A stretch of DNA of 64,000 nucleotides, from contig JALSNX010000030.1 of the NCBI GenBank assembly GCA_026986775.1, forward strand, positions 79,483 through 143,482. Direction: 5' to 3'. The notes under the pieces are model-generated. The model did no database searches, was not told the origin of the DNA, and worked only from the letters and a program-made list of their open reading frames with translations. Shown piece after piece: positions 37,932 through 46,772 of the stretch. Within the stretch, counting starts at the first letter, position 1. Each line of letters starts with the position of its first letter. Source of the DNA: a candidate division WOR-3 bacterium (lineage in GTDB: Bacteria; Hydrothermota; Hydrothermia; UBA1063; CAJXJZ01). The position numbers and the translations under genes are program-made.

Positions 37932-40426
37932 TATAGTACCACCGCTTTAATGTGTATTTTGCTACCTTTGCCACTTATTTGTTCCTTCCTCCCTATTTTA
38001 CGGTATATTAAATAAAGGTAATGTTGCGTTCTCCATAACTGTATCTTTGAAAGGATGCTGTTTTGTTCTTTTTCTATTTCTGAAATGGATTTAATGAGTA
38101 TCCTTCTGGCTTCTTCATACTTGCCCTGTCTATAAAGATAGGAACCCAGAAGGTCCGGGTATTTTTTTATAATCGTCGTATCCACCTGATCAAGACGGTT
38201 TAAATCAATATAAACAGCACATGCAGGGTAGTTCTCATCTACTATAAGTTTTGGATGCTTCCTCTTTAGTAATTGTACTTTTGAAAGTGTACTATCTGGT
38301 TCACCGATAATATAGAACAAAAGGGATGAAAAATAAATATAAAAGGCATCATTTTTCTTCGCATAGTCATTATAAAGAGAAAGTGCTTCCTTGAAGTTTC
38401 CGCTCATGGCACTGGACATCATACTGTAAAAGTAGGCCCACTGGTCACTGCTTAGATAGTATGCCTTTTCAAAAACATTCTGAGCTTTTATGTATTCATC
38501 TTTGTTGAAATACAGAAATCCCAGTCTGAGATACGGTGCTGCATAGCCTGTGTCAATTCTGGCTGCTCTTTCAAAGTCCTTTATAGCAGCATTAACTTCA
38601 TTGGCTTCGTTTTCAATAATACCTCTGTAAAGATATAAAGATGCGTAAACGGGGTACAGGAAGTCCTCATAAGGCCGGTCCGTTATTTTAAGAATTTTGA
38701 TAGCCTCAAGTATTTTTCCGTTTTTTGAAAGCGTTGATGCCATTTTCATTTTGTTGATCAAACTGTGTCCGGTATTGAAAATTTCAGTGTGATGTACAGG
38801 CAGGATGGTGTCTTTGAGAAGCACACCAAGATTACTTATATAAAATATTTTGCCGTTTCGTGTGGTTATGCTGTAGATGGCAGGTTTAATTTTTTTAATT
38901 TCATCCACAGGGTTAGAACCCGGAAGTATGGAGTAAAACAGAGTACCATATTCTTCTGAAATGTCTTTTCCGAACCATGGGGGTGACTGTGCATCAAAAC
39001 CACGACCGTTTAAGGCAAAGAAAACAGGTTTCATACCTAAGTCATTGTTTATTCCACCGGCGACAATATCCTTTGTGCCGTCGTTATTTACATCGTCAAA
39101 GACAGCATCAAATATCCATCCGGAGTGCCAGTATTGGCGTAATCTGGCGTCTTTTTTATTGGGGCAAAGGTTTCTTATTATATATGGAAACCATTTTCCA
39201 CATCTTTCTCCCACCAGTATGCAGCCAGAAGAATCGTTCATAAATTTTAACATATCAACCATAAATACAGCCGGTTTATCGTAGATGTTCCGTGCTGGAT
39301 TGCCAAAATATCTTTTAAATTTACCGGTATAATCCAGTACATAGACTGAACCTGTATCTTTTCCTGCAACTTTTTCTTTGTTAGAGGTGGTTTTTAAGTA
39401 TCCTGTCCCAACGATAACCTCGTTTTTACCGTCATTATTTATGTCCTTAAGAAGATAGGCTGTTATATCACTTCCGGCTTTAAATGTAAATAGTTTTCTT
39501 CCTGATTTATTAAATACTTTGACCTCTGGGCCATTAATATGTACTTTTGCTGGATTCTTATCATTATATCTGCTCAGTATTAGAAATACAACTGACAGTA
39601 TAAGAGCAAAAAATACCAGTCCATACTTTATACCGGACAGCATTGGATACCAGATTTTAACTTTCTTTCGGGTTATCCAGTCGTTTCTCAGTTCCTGTGC
39701 GTCCTTGTATCTGTATCGTGGTGTTTTCAAGAGACACTTCTGAATTATACCTGATATGTGGGATGGAATTCTGGTATTTATTTTATCAGGTGGTTTTGGG
39801 TTCTTGTTTATTATGTTGTACATGGTCTGGGATATGGTATCTTTTCTAAAAGGATGGGTGCCTGTAAAGAGCTCATAGAGTATAACTCCAAGAGAAAATA
39901 TATCTGAAGATTTTGTGGGTTTTTCTCCTTTTAATTCTTCCGGAGATATGTATGCAGGTGTACCTGCCAATTCACCTGTTTTAGTTAGACCTGTCCCCTC
40001 ATCACGGGCAAGTCCAAAGTCCGTAAGTTTTACTTTCAAATCTTTTGTTAAAAGAATATTCTCCGGTTTTAAATCTTTGTGCATTATCCCCTTTTTATGA
40101 GATGCTACCAGGGCTTCTATAATCTGAGTTGCAATTTTTATCCTGTCTTTTAAGGAAAGGCCAGAAATTTGAAAGTTAAGAGGCTTTCCATCAACGTATT
40201 CAGTAAGCACATAGGTTTTGCCATCAATAGTGCCTGTTTCGTATATTTTAACTATATTGGGGTGATTGAGTTTTCTTGCCAGTTCGTAAGCTTTCAGGAA
40301 TTTTGAATATTTTAACAGTTTAAGGGCATATTTTTTTTGCGTTTTAATGTCCTCTACGAGGTAGACCTCCGCAGACCCGCCCTCGCCTAACTTACGAATT
40401 ATCCGAAATCTTCCCCCCAGTATCAC
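37931..40426 (-). CDS. Membrane Ser/Thr kinase with extracytoplasmic FG-GAP-like and TPR regions
   Basis: GEGGSA, ALK, HKDLKPEN, DFGLA, GTPAYISPE; TM; DINNDGKNE and DVNNDGTKD motifs; TPR helices; TAATG overlap with the bEBP start. Confidence 0.9.
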   Translation of the reverse strand: MILGGRFRIIRKLGEGGSAEVYLVEDIKTQKKYALKLLKYSKFLKAYELARKLNHPNIVKIYETGTIDGKTYVLTEYVDGKPLNFQISGLSLKDRIKIATQIIEALVASHKKGIMHKDLKPENILLTKDLKVKLTDFGLARDEGTGLTKTGELAGTPAYISPEELKGEKPTKSSDIFSLGVILYELFTGTHPFRKDTISQTMYNIINKNPKPPDKINTRIPSHISGIIQKCLLKTPRYRYKDAQELRNDWITRKKVKIWYPMLSGIKYGLVFFALILSVVFLILSRYNDKNPAKVHINGPEVKVFNKSGRKLFTFKAGSDITAYLLKDINNDGKNEVIVGTGYLKTTSNKEKVAGKDTGSVYVLDYTGKFKRYFGNPARNIYDKPAVFMVDMLKFMNDSSGCILVGERCGKWFPYIIRNLCPNKKDARLRQYWHSGWIFDAVFDDVNNDGTKDIVAGGINNDLGMKPVFFALNGRGFDAQSPPWFGKDISEEYGTLFYSILPGSNPVDEIKKIKPAIYSITTRNGKIFYISNLGVLLKDTILPVHHTEIFNTGHSLINKMKMASTLSKNGKILEAIKILKITDRPYEDFLYPVYASLYLYRGIIENEANEVNAAIKDFERAARIDTGYAAPYLRLGFLYFNKDEYIKAQNVFEKAYYLSSDQWAYFYSMMSSAMSGNFKEALSLYNDYAKKNDAFYIYFSSLLFYIIGEPDSTLSKVQLLKRKHPKLIVDENYPACAVYIDLNRLDQVDTTIIKKYPDLLGSYLYRQGKYEEARRILIKSISEIEKEQNSILSKIQLWRTQHYLYLIYRKIGRKEQISGKGSKIHIKAVVL

Positions 40427-40432
40427 ACGGAT

Positions 40433-40461
40433 ATTATAAAGACTTTCAGAGAGTTTATGAA
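40433..40461 (-). promoter_or_regulatory. sigma70 promoter, likely leaderless, for the kinase-bEBP operon
   Basis: TTCATA-17-TATAAT, 6 nt before GTG 40426, no SD. Confidence 0.6.
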
Positions 40462-40480
40462 GCGGTTATTTTTACTATTC

Positions 40481-40509
40481 TTGACAGTCCACCCCTGAAA
40501 CTTGATAAT
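40481..40509 (+). promoter_or_regulatory. sigma70 promoter
   Basis: TTGACA-17-GATAAT followed by GGGGAG SD. Confidence 0.7.
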
Positions 40510-40529
40510 AATTTAAAAAGGGGGAGACT

Positions 40530-42008
40530 ATGAATTTACTTTTGATACTTCTTGCATCTATACTTTTACCTGAGAATATAAAACTATATTACAACGGTGC
40601 TGTTGTAGAGTACAGAACCACTGTTGAACTTAAAAAGGGGATTAATGAGTTATACCTTACGGGTATAAGGAGCAAAAATGGTATAAAAATCCTTGGAATA
40701 AAAGCTGAAGGCGGTGTTTTTATCGGAGGGTACAGTTTACTTGATAGTGTCCCCATTTCAGGTTCCAGAGTAAAAAAACTGAAAAGAACACAGGATTCAC
40801 TGCTTGGACTAAAAGAGATACTAAACAAACGAATTGACATTGTTTCAAAGGAACAGGTTATGCTCACAGGGATTCTGAACAGTAAAAGAGATACAATTTA
40901 TTTTGATGCAGTAAAGCTTTCTGCCCTGCTGGATACAATAAGACGTAAAAGTCTTCTATTAAAGAAAATGGAATTGAGTTTAAGGAAAGAATTGAAAAGG
41001 ATCATGAAAGAATTGGATGTGGTGAATGACTCTTTAAGATTGTATGCTGGACCTGTTATCAGTCTCACGGCAGTATCTGAAAAAAATGGAGTTTCAAAAT
41101 TGATTGTCAACGTTTTTAACACGAATATTTATTATGCTCCCATGTTTACCATAAACGCAGAGCCGGACAAAGACAGGGCAATTCTATCTGCTTTTGCAAA
41201 AATTGAAAACAGGACAGGTCTGAAATTCAAAAACGTGTCGCTAACAGTTTTTATGCAGAGATATGAGCCTTACGCTCTCCCCGATATTGTTCCAGAAGTA
41301 TTTTTCTATGAAGAGCCAGAGCTTTCTTATAATTTTCCCAGGTATAGTAAAAGGTACACAGGAGCCAAGTCGGCTCCTAAAAATATTGAAAAAAGGAAGA
41401 TTGAGGTTGAAGCAAGACCGTATACACTTGGAGGAAGTTTTTACTTGAGAGGAAAATACGTTATAGGAGAAGAAATTTCGGTTCCTGTTTTTTATGATAC
41501 CCTTCCTGCAAAGTTTATAAGAAAATCGTATCCAAGAATTTATGATGGTGTTTATCTATCTGGAATCCTGACCGCAGGGAAATATCCTGTTTATCTTAAA
41601 AATATCCGTGTGCTTGTTGACGGTGTGTATCAGGGGTATTTTACTTATATAGAAAAAGAAATCGTCTTTTCCCGTGATACATTTACCGTTAATTTTGGAA
41701 AGGACAATATGGTGGTTGTTAAGAGAAAGAAACTGAAAGACTTTTCGACATCTTCATGGACAGGGGCAAAGATAAAACAGTTTGAATATCTAATAAACGT
41801 GCAGAATTTGAGAAATACTCCCATTACAGTAGATATTTATGATAATCTACCTGTTTTCACATCGGATAAGTACAGGCTTAAAAATGTTAGAATAGAACCA
41901 TCTGATTATCAACTGAATAAAGAAACGGGTGTAATAAAGTGGTCTTTGAAACTTGATGCAAAACAGAAAAAAGAATTGAGACTGTACTATGAGATTTTTA
42001 AACGGTAA
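40530..42008 (+). CDS. DUF4140/DUF4139 (MuiA-like) secreted protein
   Basis: Signal peptide, LY.NGA.V N-terminus, coiled coil, I.N.TG....V.L, FGKD..V.V.R, I.V.N......V.IYD.LP, G.I.W.L.L. Confidence 0.75.
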   Translation: MNLLLILLASILLPENIKLYYNGAVVEYRTTVELKKGINELYLTGIRSKNGIKILGIKAEGGVFIGGYSLLDSVPISGSRVKKLKRTQDSLLGLKEILNKRIDIVSKEQVMLTGILNSKRDTIYFDAVKLSALLDTIRRKSLLLKKMELSLRKELKRIMKELDVVNDSLRLYAGPVISLTAVSEKNGVSKLIVNVFNTNIYYAPMFTINAEPDKDRAILSAFAKIENRTGLKFKNVSLTVFMQRYEPYALPDIVPEVFFYEEPELSYNFPRYSKRYTGAKSAPKNIEKRKIEVEARPYTLGGSFYLRGKYVIGEEISVPVFYDTLPAKFIRKSYPRIYDGVYLSGILTAGKYPVYLKNIRVLVDGVYQGYFTYIEKEIVFSRDTFTVNFGKDNMVVVKRKKLKDFSTSSWTGAKIKQFEYLINVQNLRNTPITVDIYDNLPVFTSDKYRLKNVRIEPSDYQLNKETGVIKWSLKLDAKQKKELRLYYEIFKR

Positions 42009-42604
42009 CTTTTAATGATTTTCTGGATTATTCTGTAGGCTTTTTCAAGAAAATAGTTTAAATCTTCATTATTGTTCTCAATAATATAGTCGTATTCTCT
42101 GTTCATATCGTATGACTGTTTTTTTAGAACATTTTCAATAAACTCTTTATTTAAACCCCGCTGTAAAAGACGTTTTTTCAGTACCTTTATGGGTGCATCA
42201 ACCTTAATCATAACATTGCATATCCTGTATATTCCTGTGGTAAAAGGTATTGCCACATCAACAAAGCATATTTTCTTTTTTGAACGCTCAAGCTCCTCTC
42301 TTAAGAGTTTAAGAATCACGGGGTGGGTTATTTGTTCCAGTTTGCGCCAGTCTTCTTCAGTTTTTAACTTTTCCCGCAGTTTCTGACGCAGTATATCACC
42401 GGTTTTTGAAACAACATCACTTCCAAAGGTGTTTTTTATCTCTTCTTTCGCTATGGAGAGTGCCCTGTGCCCCAGTTCATCGGCTGATATGATACAGAAT
42501 CCCTTTTCCTTCAGGTATTGTGCAAGGGTAGACTTACCTGAACCAGCATATCCGCTGATACAAATGACCAGTATGTTTCTATCTGCGATTCTTTTTGAAG
42601 GCAT
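41987..42604 (-). CDS. coaE: Dephospho-CoA kinase
   Basis: ISGYAGSGKST, I.AD.LGH, LEQITHP, DVAIP, D.IIENN. Confidence 0.85.
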   Translation of the reverse strand: MPSKRIADRNILVICISGYAGSGKSTLAQYLKEKGFCIISADELGHRALSIAKEEIKNTFGSDVVSKTGDILRQKLREKLKTEEDWRKLEQITHPVILKLLREELERSKKKICFVDVAIPFTTGIYRICNVMIKVDAPIKVLKKRLLQRGLNKEFIENVLKKQSYDMNREYDYIIENNNEDLNYFLEKAYRIIQKIIKSYRLKIS

Positions 42605-44261
42605 CCTTAATAATCCTGAAATGTTCCTCTATAACCTTATCATTTGACATCTTATGGGCTTTTTTAGAAAGTTTATATGCTTCTTCAATCTCCCCCTTTT
42701 TGAATAAGAGCCACGCATATGAATCAAGCACATAGGGGTCTTCTGGAGAAAGTTCAAAAGCCTTTTTTAGATACTTTTCTGCCTTTTGTATATCTCCGTT
42801 AGTAAGCCACAGGTATCCAAGATTATTGTAATACAGTCCTTTTGATGGATTCTGAGCAATCAATAAACGATAAAGAGAATCTGCAAGATAGACATCATTT
42901 AAGTACTGTGCTGCATAGGCGAGGTCAAAAATATCGTCTGTGTTCACAAGATGGAGGTTTCTGACAGTATCTACCAGCATTTTTACAAATTGTGTATCTG
43001 CAAAATGCGGTGCGAGACTTAAAAGTGGAATGTATCTTGCAGGATGTGAGGGGTCTTTTTGTATGGACAGGTTAAGGTACTTAAATGACAGCTTTCTTCT
43101 GCCGAGGCTTTTGAGTACAACGCCTGTAAGATAAAGATAGTAAGGGTCATTCTGTCCTTTATTTTTCCAGATGAGGAGTTCTCGTGCGGCATCATCAATA
43201 TAATTGAGTTTAAATAGAATGAAGGCTTTCAAAAGGCTGTAAGAATAGTTTCTTCTTATTTTTTCGGCTTTTTCAATGCTTCTAAGAGCGTCTTTGTATA
43301 GATTTTTCCTTATTAAAACGCGCGCTATGTAATAATGTATTTCAGGGTCATTTTTTGTCAGACTTCGTGCTATGAGATAGTTTATAAGGCTTGAATCATA
43401 TTTTTGAAGCATGAAATAAGCATAGCCTGCCTGTTTCCTCAATTTGTAATTAAATGGAGACTGTTTAAGTAGTAGAAGCACATATTTTTTTGCGTCATCG
43501 TAATATCCTTTCTTTATATAAAGGCTTATAAGGTGATGAAAAACTTTTAAATCTGGTTCAGTGCTTGATTCTATGTATTGTGTGAGATAAAACAGTGCAC
43601 TGTCCACATTGTCCATTGCCTCAAAAGAAAATCCTTTAAGTTTGAGAAATTCAATTCTTTCCTTACCACGAAGGTCTTTATTGGCCAGGACTTTTATGAT
43701 TCTTCCCATCTTTTGATATTCAGCCCTTTCGTAAAAAGTTCTGGCAAGCGTGAGTAAAGTTGTTGCGCTCAGACTGTCTAAATTATATTTGTTTTCTGAA
43801 AGGATACTGGTGACCATGTTTTGAACGTTGTACCTTGATGCGTAAAAAAGAATAATGTTTACGAGATCTGGGTCATTTTTGAATGCCCTGTACAATTTTT
43901 CAAGTTCTTTTTCAACCTGTGTTCTGGTTCGTGTAAAAAGCGTCAGTCTCAGGTAGTTGTAAAGTAAGGTGTCGTATACTGTGTAGTGCTTTGTGTAAAT
44001 ATAGAAGATGCTGTCTATATAAGGTAAACCATCTTCAATTTCATTGAGTTTGTCTATAAAAGTTTGAAATTCAAGAGAAGCGATCTTTGCCGCTGAGTGA
44101 TTTATTGTGATATCACAGAGGAGAGAGTCAGGGGAATTTTTAATCTGCTTATAAATATCTGAAACTGCTTTATCAAAGGGCTGTTTTTCAATTGAGTATA
44201 TAGCCTCAAAGTATGTCTTTTTAAATCCTGAGAGAAGTAGTAACAACAGTAAGAGATTCAT
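42579..44261 (-). CDS. Secreted tetratricopeptide-repeat protein
   Basis: Signal peptide; multiple TPRs, C-terminal YNNLGY..KA..L.P.DP..LDSY.W. Confidence 0.85.
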   Translation of the reverse strand: MNLLLLLLLLSGFKKTYFEAIYSIEKQPFDKAVSDIYKQIKNSPDSLLCDITINHSAAKIASLEFQTFIDKLNEIEDGLPYIDSIFYIYTKHYTVYDTLLYNYLRLTLFTRTRTQVEKELEKLYRAFKNDPDLVNIILFYASRYNVQNMVTSILSENKYNLDSLSATTLLTLARTFYERAEYQKMGRIIKVLANKDLRGKERIEFLKLKGFSFEAMDNVDSALFYLTQYIESSTEPDLKVFHHLISLYIKKGYYDDAKKYVLLLLKQSPFNYKLRKQAGYAYFMLQKYDSSLINYLIARSLTKNDPEIHYYIARVLIRKNLYKDALRSIEKAEKIRRNYSYSLLKAFILFKLNYIDDAARELLIWKNKGQNDPYYLYLTGVVLKSLGRRKLSFKYLNLSIQKDPSHPARYIPLLSLAPHFADTQFVKMLVDTVRNLHLVNTDDIFDLAYAAQYLNDVYLADSLYRLLIAQNPSKGLYYNNLGYLWLTNGDIQKAEKYLKKAFELSPEDPYVLDSYAWLLFKKGEIEEAYKLSKKAHKMSNDKVIEEHFRIIKDAFKKNRR

Positions 44262-45220
44262 GGCAGAAGTGAGAGAATTATGAGGTTTTTTGTTATCTTT
44301 TCGTCACGCAGATTTGTTTTTGTCGCATATTCTATTTCAATAAGCCTTTTCATAACAATTGATGCATCTTTGAGCGTGTGGAGCATTTTGTGCTTTTTAT
44401 ATGGTCTTATACGCCATTCAGAACGGTATCTATCAGAAAAGAATGTACCCAGAGCTGCGTCAATAATTCTTGCAAAGTGAGTTTCCATTTCATATACTAT
44501 TTCATTGGTTTTTCTGTTTAGCATGGCCTTTTTTATCTTTTTTGTGTTAAATTTCTCATATCCCATTACGTCAAATAAAGTGTTCTGCAAAGGATATTCA
44601 GATACATAACTTAAGATGCTGAGGTGATGTTTATCAAGAAAGCGGTCATCATCCATATATAGAAAGAGTTTCTTCAGCTCCATATCAGCGTGAGTAAGAT
44701 TCTGTGGCAGTTTTTTAACGAGAAGTTCAAGTATTCTATCGTCCGCTTCCTTGTTGTTCCTTTTTAATCTGCTTTTTACCCATATGGTAAATCCTTTATA
44801 ATCAAGCGATGAAAACTCATATATATCAATGTGTTTCAGGTTGCGATATTTGCCAAGAAGATTCTTCAATTTCCTTTTATCGTATGAAGAAGAAATGACA
44901 AGAGCAATATATGTGCCATCAGGAATTCTCATGCGTAATAAATCATCTTTTTGCTTTAGTTTCTCAAACTCATAAATCACAATTAAGCGTTTTGCAGCAA
45001 ACAATCCCGTATTTGTGACAGTGCCCAAAATTTCATCTACGGTGGTGTCCTTGCCAAAGAAAACAATTCTTTTTACGCCCAGAAATTCTTCTATACGGGA
45101 TATAGCCACTTTTTTAAGATAATCCTCCTCACCGACAAGAAGGACAATGGGTGATGCAGGTCCATTGGCCTTAAGATTGTTAAAAAGCTGGTTGTAATAC
45201 GCAATACCTGTACCTGCCAT
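44258..45220 (-). CDS. holA: DNA polymerase III delta subunit
   Basis: LLVGEEDYL, GLFA.KRLIVI, W+..R, E+KKL.LY, IEY..KT; typical length. Confidence 0.75.
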   Translation of the reverse strand: MAGTGIAYYNQLFNNLKANGPASPIVLLVGEEDYLKKVAISRIEEFLGVKRIVFFGKDTTVDEILGTVTNTGLFAAKRLIVIYEFEKLKQKDDLLRMRIPDGTYIALVISSSYDKRKLKNLLGKYRNLKHIDIYEFSSLDYKGFTIWVKSRLKRNNKEADDRILELLVKKLPQNLTHADMELKKLFLYMDDDRFLDKHHLSILSYVSEYPLQNTLFDVMGYEKFNTKKIKKAMLNRKTNEIVYEMETHFARIIDAALGTFFSDRYRSEWRIRPYKKHKMLHTLKDASIVMKRLIEIEYATKTNLRDEKITKNLIILSLLP

Positions 45221-45226
45221 ATATAA

Positions 45227-45255
45227 ATTTTACGGCGTTATGTCTAACCTGACAA
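45227..45255 (-). promoter_or_regulatory. sigma70 promoter, likely leaderless, for holA
   Basis: TTGTCA-17-TAAAAT, 6 nt before ATG 45220, no SD. Confidence 0.65.
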
Positions 45256-45340
45256 GCGGAGCGAGGTTTCAGAAGTCCACACAGTACGAGTTATATAAAT
45301 TATTGTGAATCAAAAAGATACTTGTAAGTCACATTTTTCC

Positions 45341-45369
45341 TTGCAAAATCATGCTTTTGCCATTATACT
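45341..45369 (+). promoter_or_regulatory. sigma70 promoter of tRNA-Glu
   Basis: TTGCAA-17-TATACT, 14 nt before the tRNA. Confidence 0.7.
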
Positions 45370-45383
45370 ATTTATCACACAGA

Positions 45384-45458
45384 GGCCTCGTCGTCTAGCC
45401 AGGTCTAGGACACCGGCCTTTCACGCCGGCGACAGGGGTTCGAATCCCCTCGAGGCCA
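45384..45458 (+). tRNA. tRNA-Glu (TTC), CCA not encoded
   Basis: Acceptor GGCCTCG/CGAGGCC, anticodon arm CCGGC-CTTTCAC-GCCGG, T arm GGGG-TTCGAAT-CCCC. Confidence 0.96.
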
Positions 45459-45467
45459 CTTTGAAAT

Positions 45468-46772
45468 ATGAAAAAGTTATTCTTCCGCCTTATCTCCATT
45501 GTTTTTACCCTTTCAATTGGTTTATTGATCGCCTTACATATTCTATCCCGCACTCCACAATCCAGAGTACCGGGCCTTACCCCATTACATTTGATTCCTT
45601 CACGTGGTTTTTCCTATGCGGTTATATTTACCCAGGAGAAGATTTTAAAGGCTTTTCTTGGTAACGATACTATCTCTGAGAGTTTTTACAGACTGTCCTC
45701 AACTTTTCTACATAAGAGCTATTATTCAGTTAGATATTCAATGGTTTTGAAGAACGCTTTAGGTAAGTATGTGCTTTTTGCTTCGTACAAAAATGGGGCT
45801 TTTGTACTTGTAACCAGACCAAGATTTAGATTAAAACTCCTCAGATATTTTGTAAATAGTGAGAAAAAGGATTATGATGGAATAACTGTCTATAAAATGG
45901 GCAGTATCTATTTTTACTTTGTGGAGGACTACCTGGTTATTACACCTGATCTGGACATTCTTAAATTGTCATGTGATATAGTAAGTGGGGAACGAAAAGG
46001 CAGTGTCTTTGATAATGCAGGATATCCTGATAACTATGATTTTTCCATGATTGTAAATATCAGGAAACCTCTTTTGAGTTTCAATCCTCTTGTATTTGGA
46101 CTTAAGAAAGACAAAATGGTGATAAGGGTAAAACCACTTTCCTCAGTAATTTTTGATGCCATAAAAGGTGATTTACCGGACTCTTTGCCGGTGGCTCCTG
46201 TATTTCTTGGAATAAAAATCCCATACCTTGAATTATACGATGCCTATGTTTCACATTATCCAGATGATGCACTTGACCTTTCCGCATGTTTCTGGGATAT
46301 GGGTGGTAGTGGCTTTTTGTGGTTGAACGAAAACGGTGATTTTCTATTTTCACTTGATGCAAGGGTACCAGAGGAGAGGATGGTATCTGATATATTTACC
46401 TGTTTGAAGTTGAAAAAAAAGGCTGATAGGGTGATTATAGATACATTGTCTCACACTTATGTGTTTAAAAAGGGAGATTTTTCCGCTTATTTTCTAAAGT
46501 ATATTGTGGATGTTGAGAAAAATCGTTTTATACTCACTAACTCAAGAGTTCTCTTGAATGCCTATGAGAGTGCGCAGTATGAGAAAAAGGATGGTTTTAT
46601 AAACTTTGTCAAGATACCTGAGTATCTTTTACCAGCTTCCTCGTACATGGATTCTATAATTGACTGGTACGTTAAGGCAGACAGTTTGAAAAATAAAAGA
46701 TGGATGCTTGATTTTAAGGAATATCGGACTGAATTTTACATTGAAGGCAGAAGATATTTAAGAGGAAAGTAA
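45468..46772 (+). CDS. Hypothetical N-terminally anchored protein
   Basis: 434-aa ORF with N-terminal TM; family not recognised. Confidence 0.7.
   Translation: MKKLFFRLISIVFTLSIGLLIALHILSRTPQSRVPGLTPLHLIPSRGFSYAVIFTQEKILKAFLGNDTISESFYRLSSTFLHKSYYSVRYSMVLKNALGKYVLFASYKNGAFVLVTRPRFRLKLLRYFVNSEKKDYDGITVYKMGSIYFYFVEDYLVITPDLDILKLSCDIVSGERKGSVFDNAGYPDNYDFSMIVNIRKPLLSFNPLVFGLKKDKMVIRVKPLSSVIFDAIKGDLPDSLPVAPVFLGIKIPYLELYDAYVSHYPDDALDLSACFWDMGGSGFLWLNENGDFLFSLDARVPEERMVSDIFTCLKLKKKADRVIIDTLSHTYVFKKGDFSAYFLKYIVDVEKNRFILTNSRVLLNAYESAQYEKKDGFINFVKIPEYLLPASSYMDSIIDWYVKADSLKNKRWMLDFKEYRTEFYIEGRRYLRGK

Noticed and set aside
45240-45300. GC-richer patch upstream of holA as riboswitch or SRP RNA
   Set aside because: No recognisable conserved RNA motif; partly explained by the holA -35 box
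45384-45470. tRNA-Glu as an integration site
   Set aside because: No integrase and no duplicated tRNA 3' end noticed; flanks are housekeeping-type genes
45305-45664. 119-aa ORF
   Set aside because: Runs through the tRNA and its promoter; spurious
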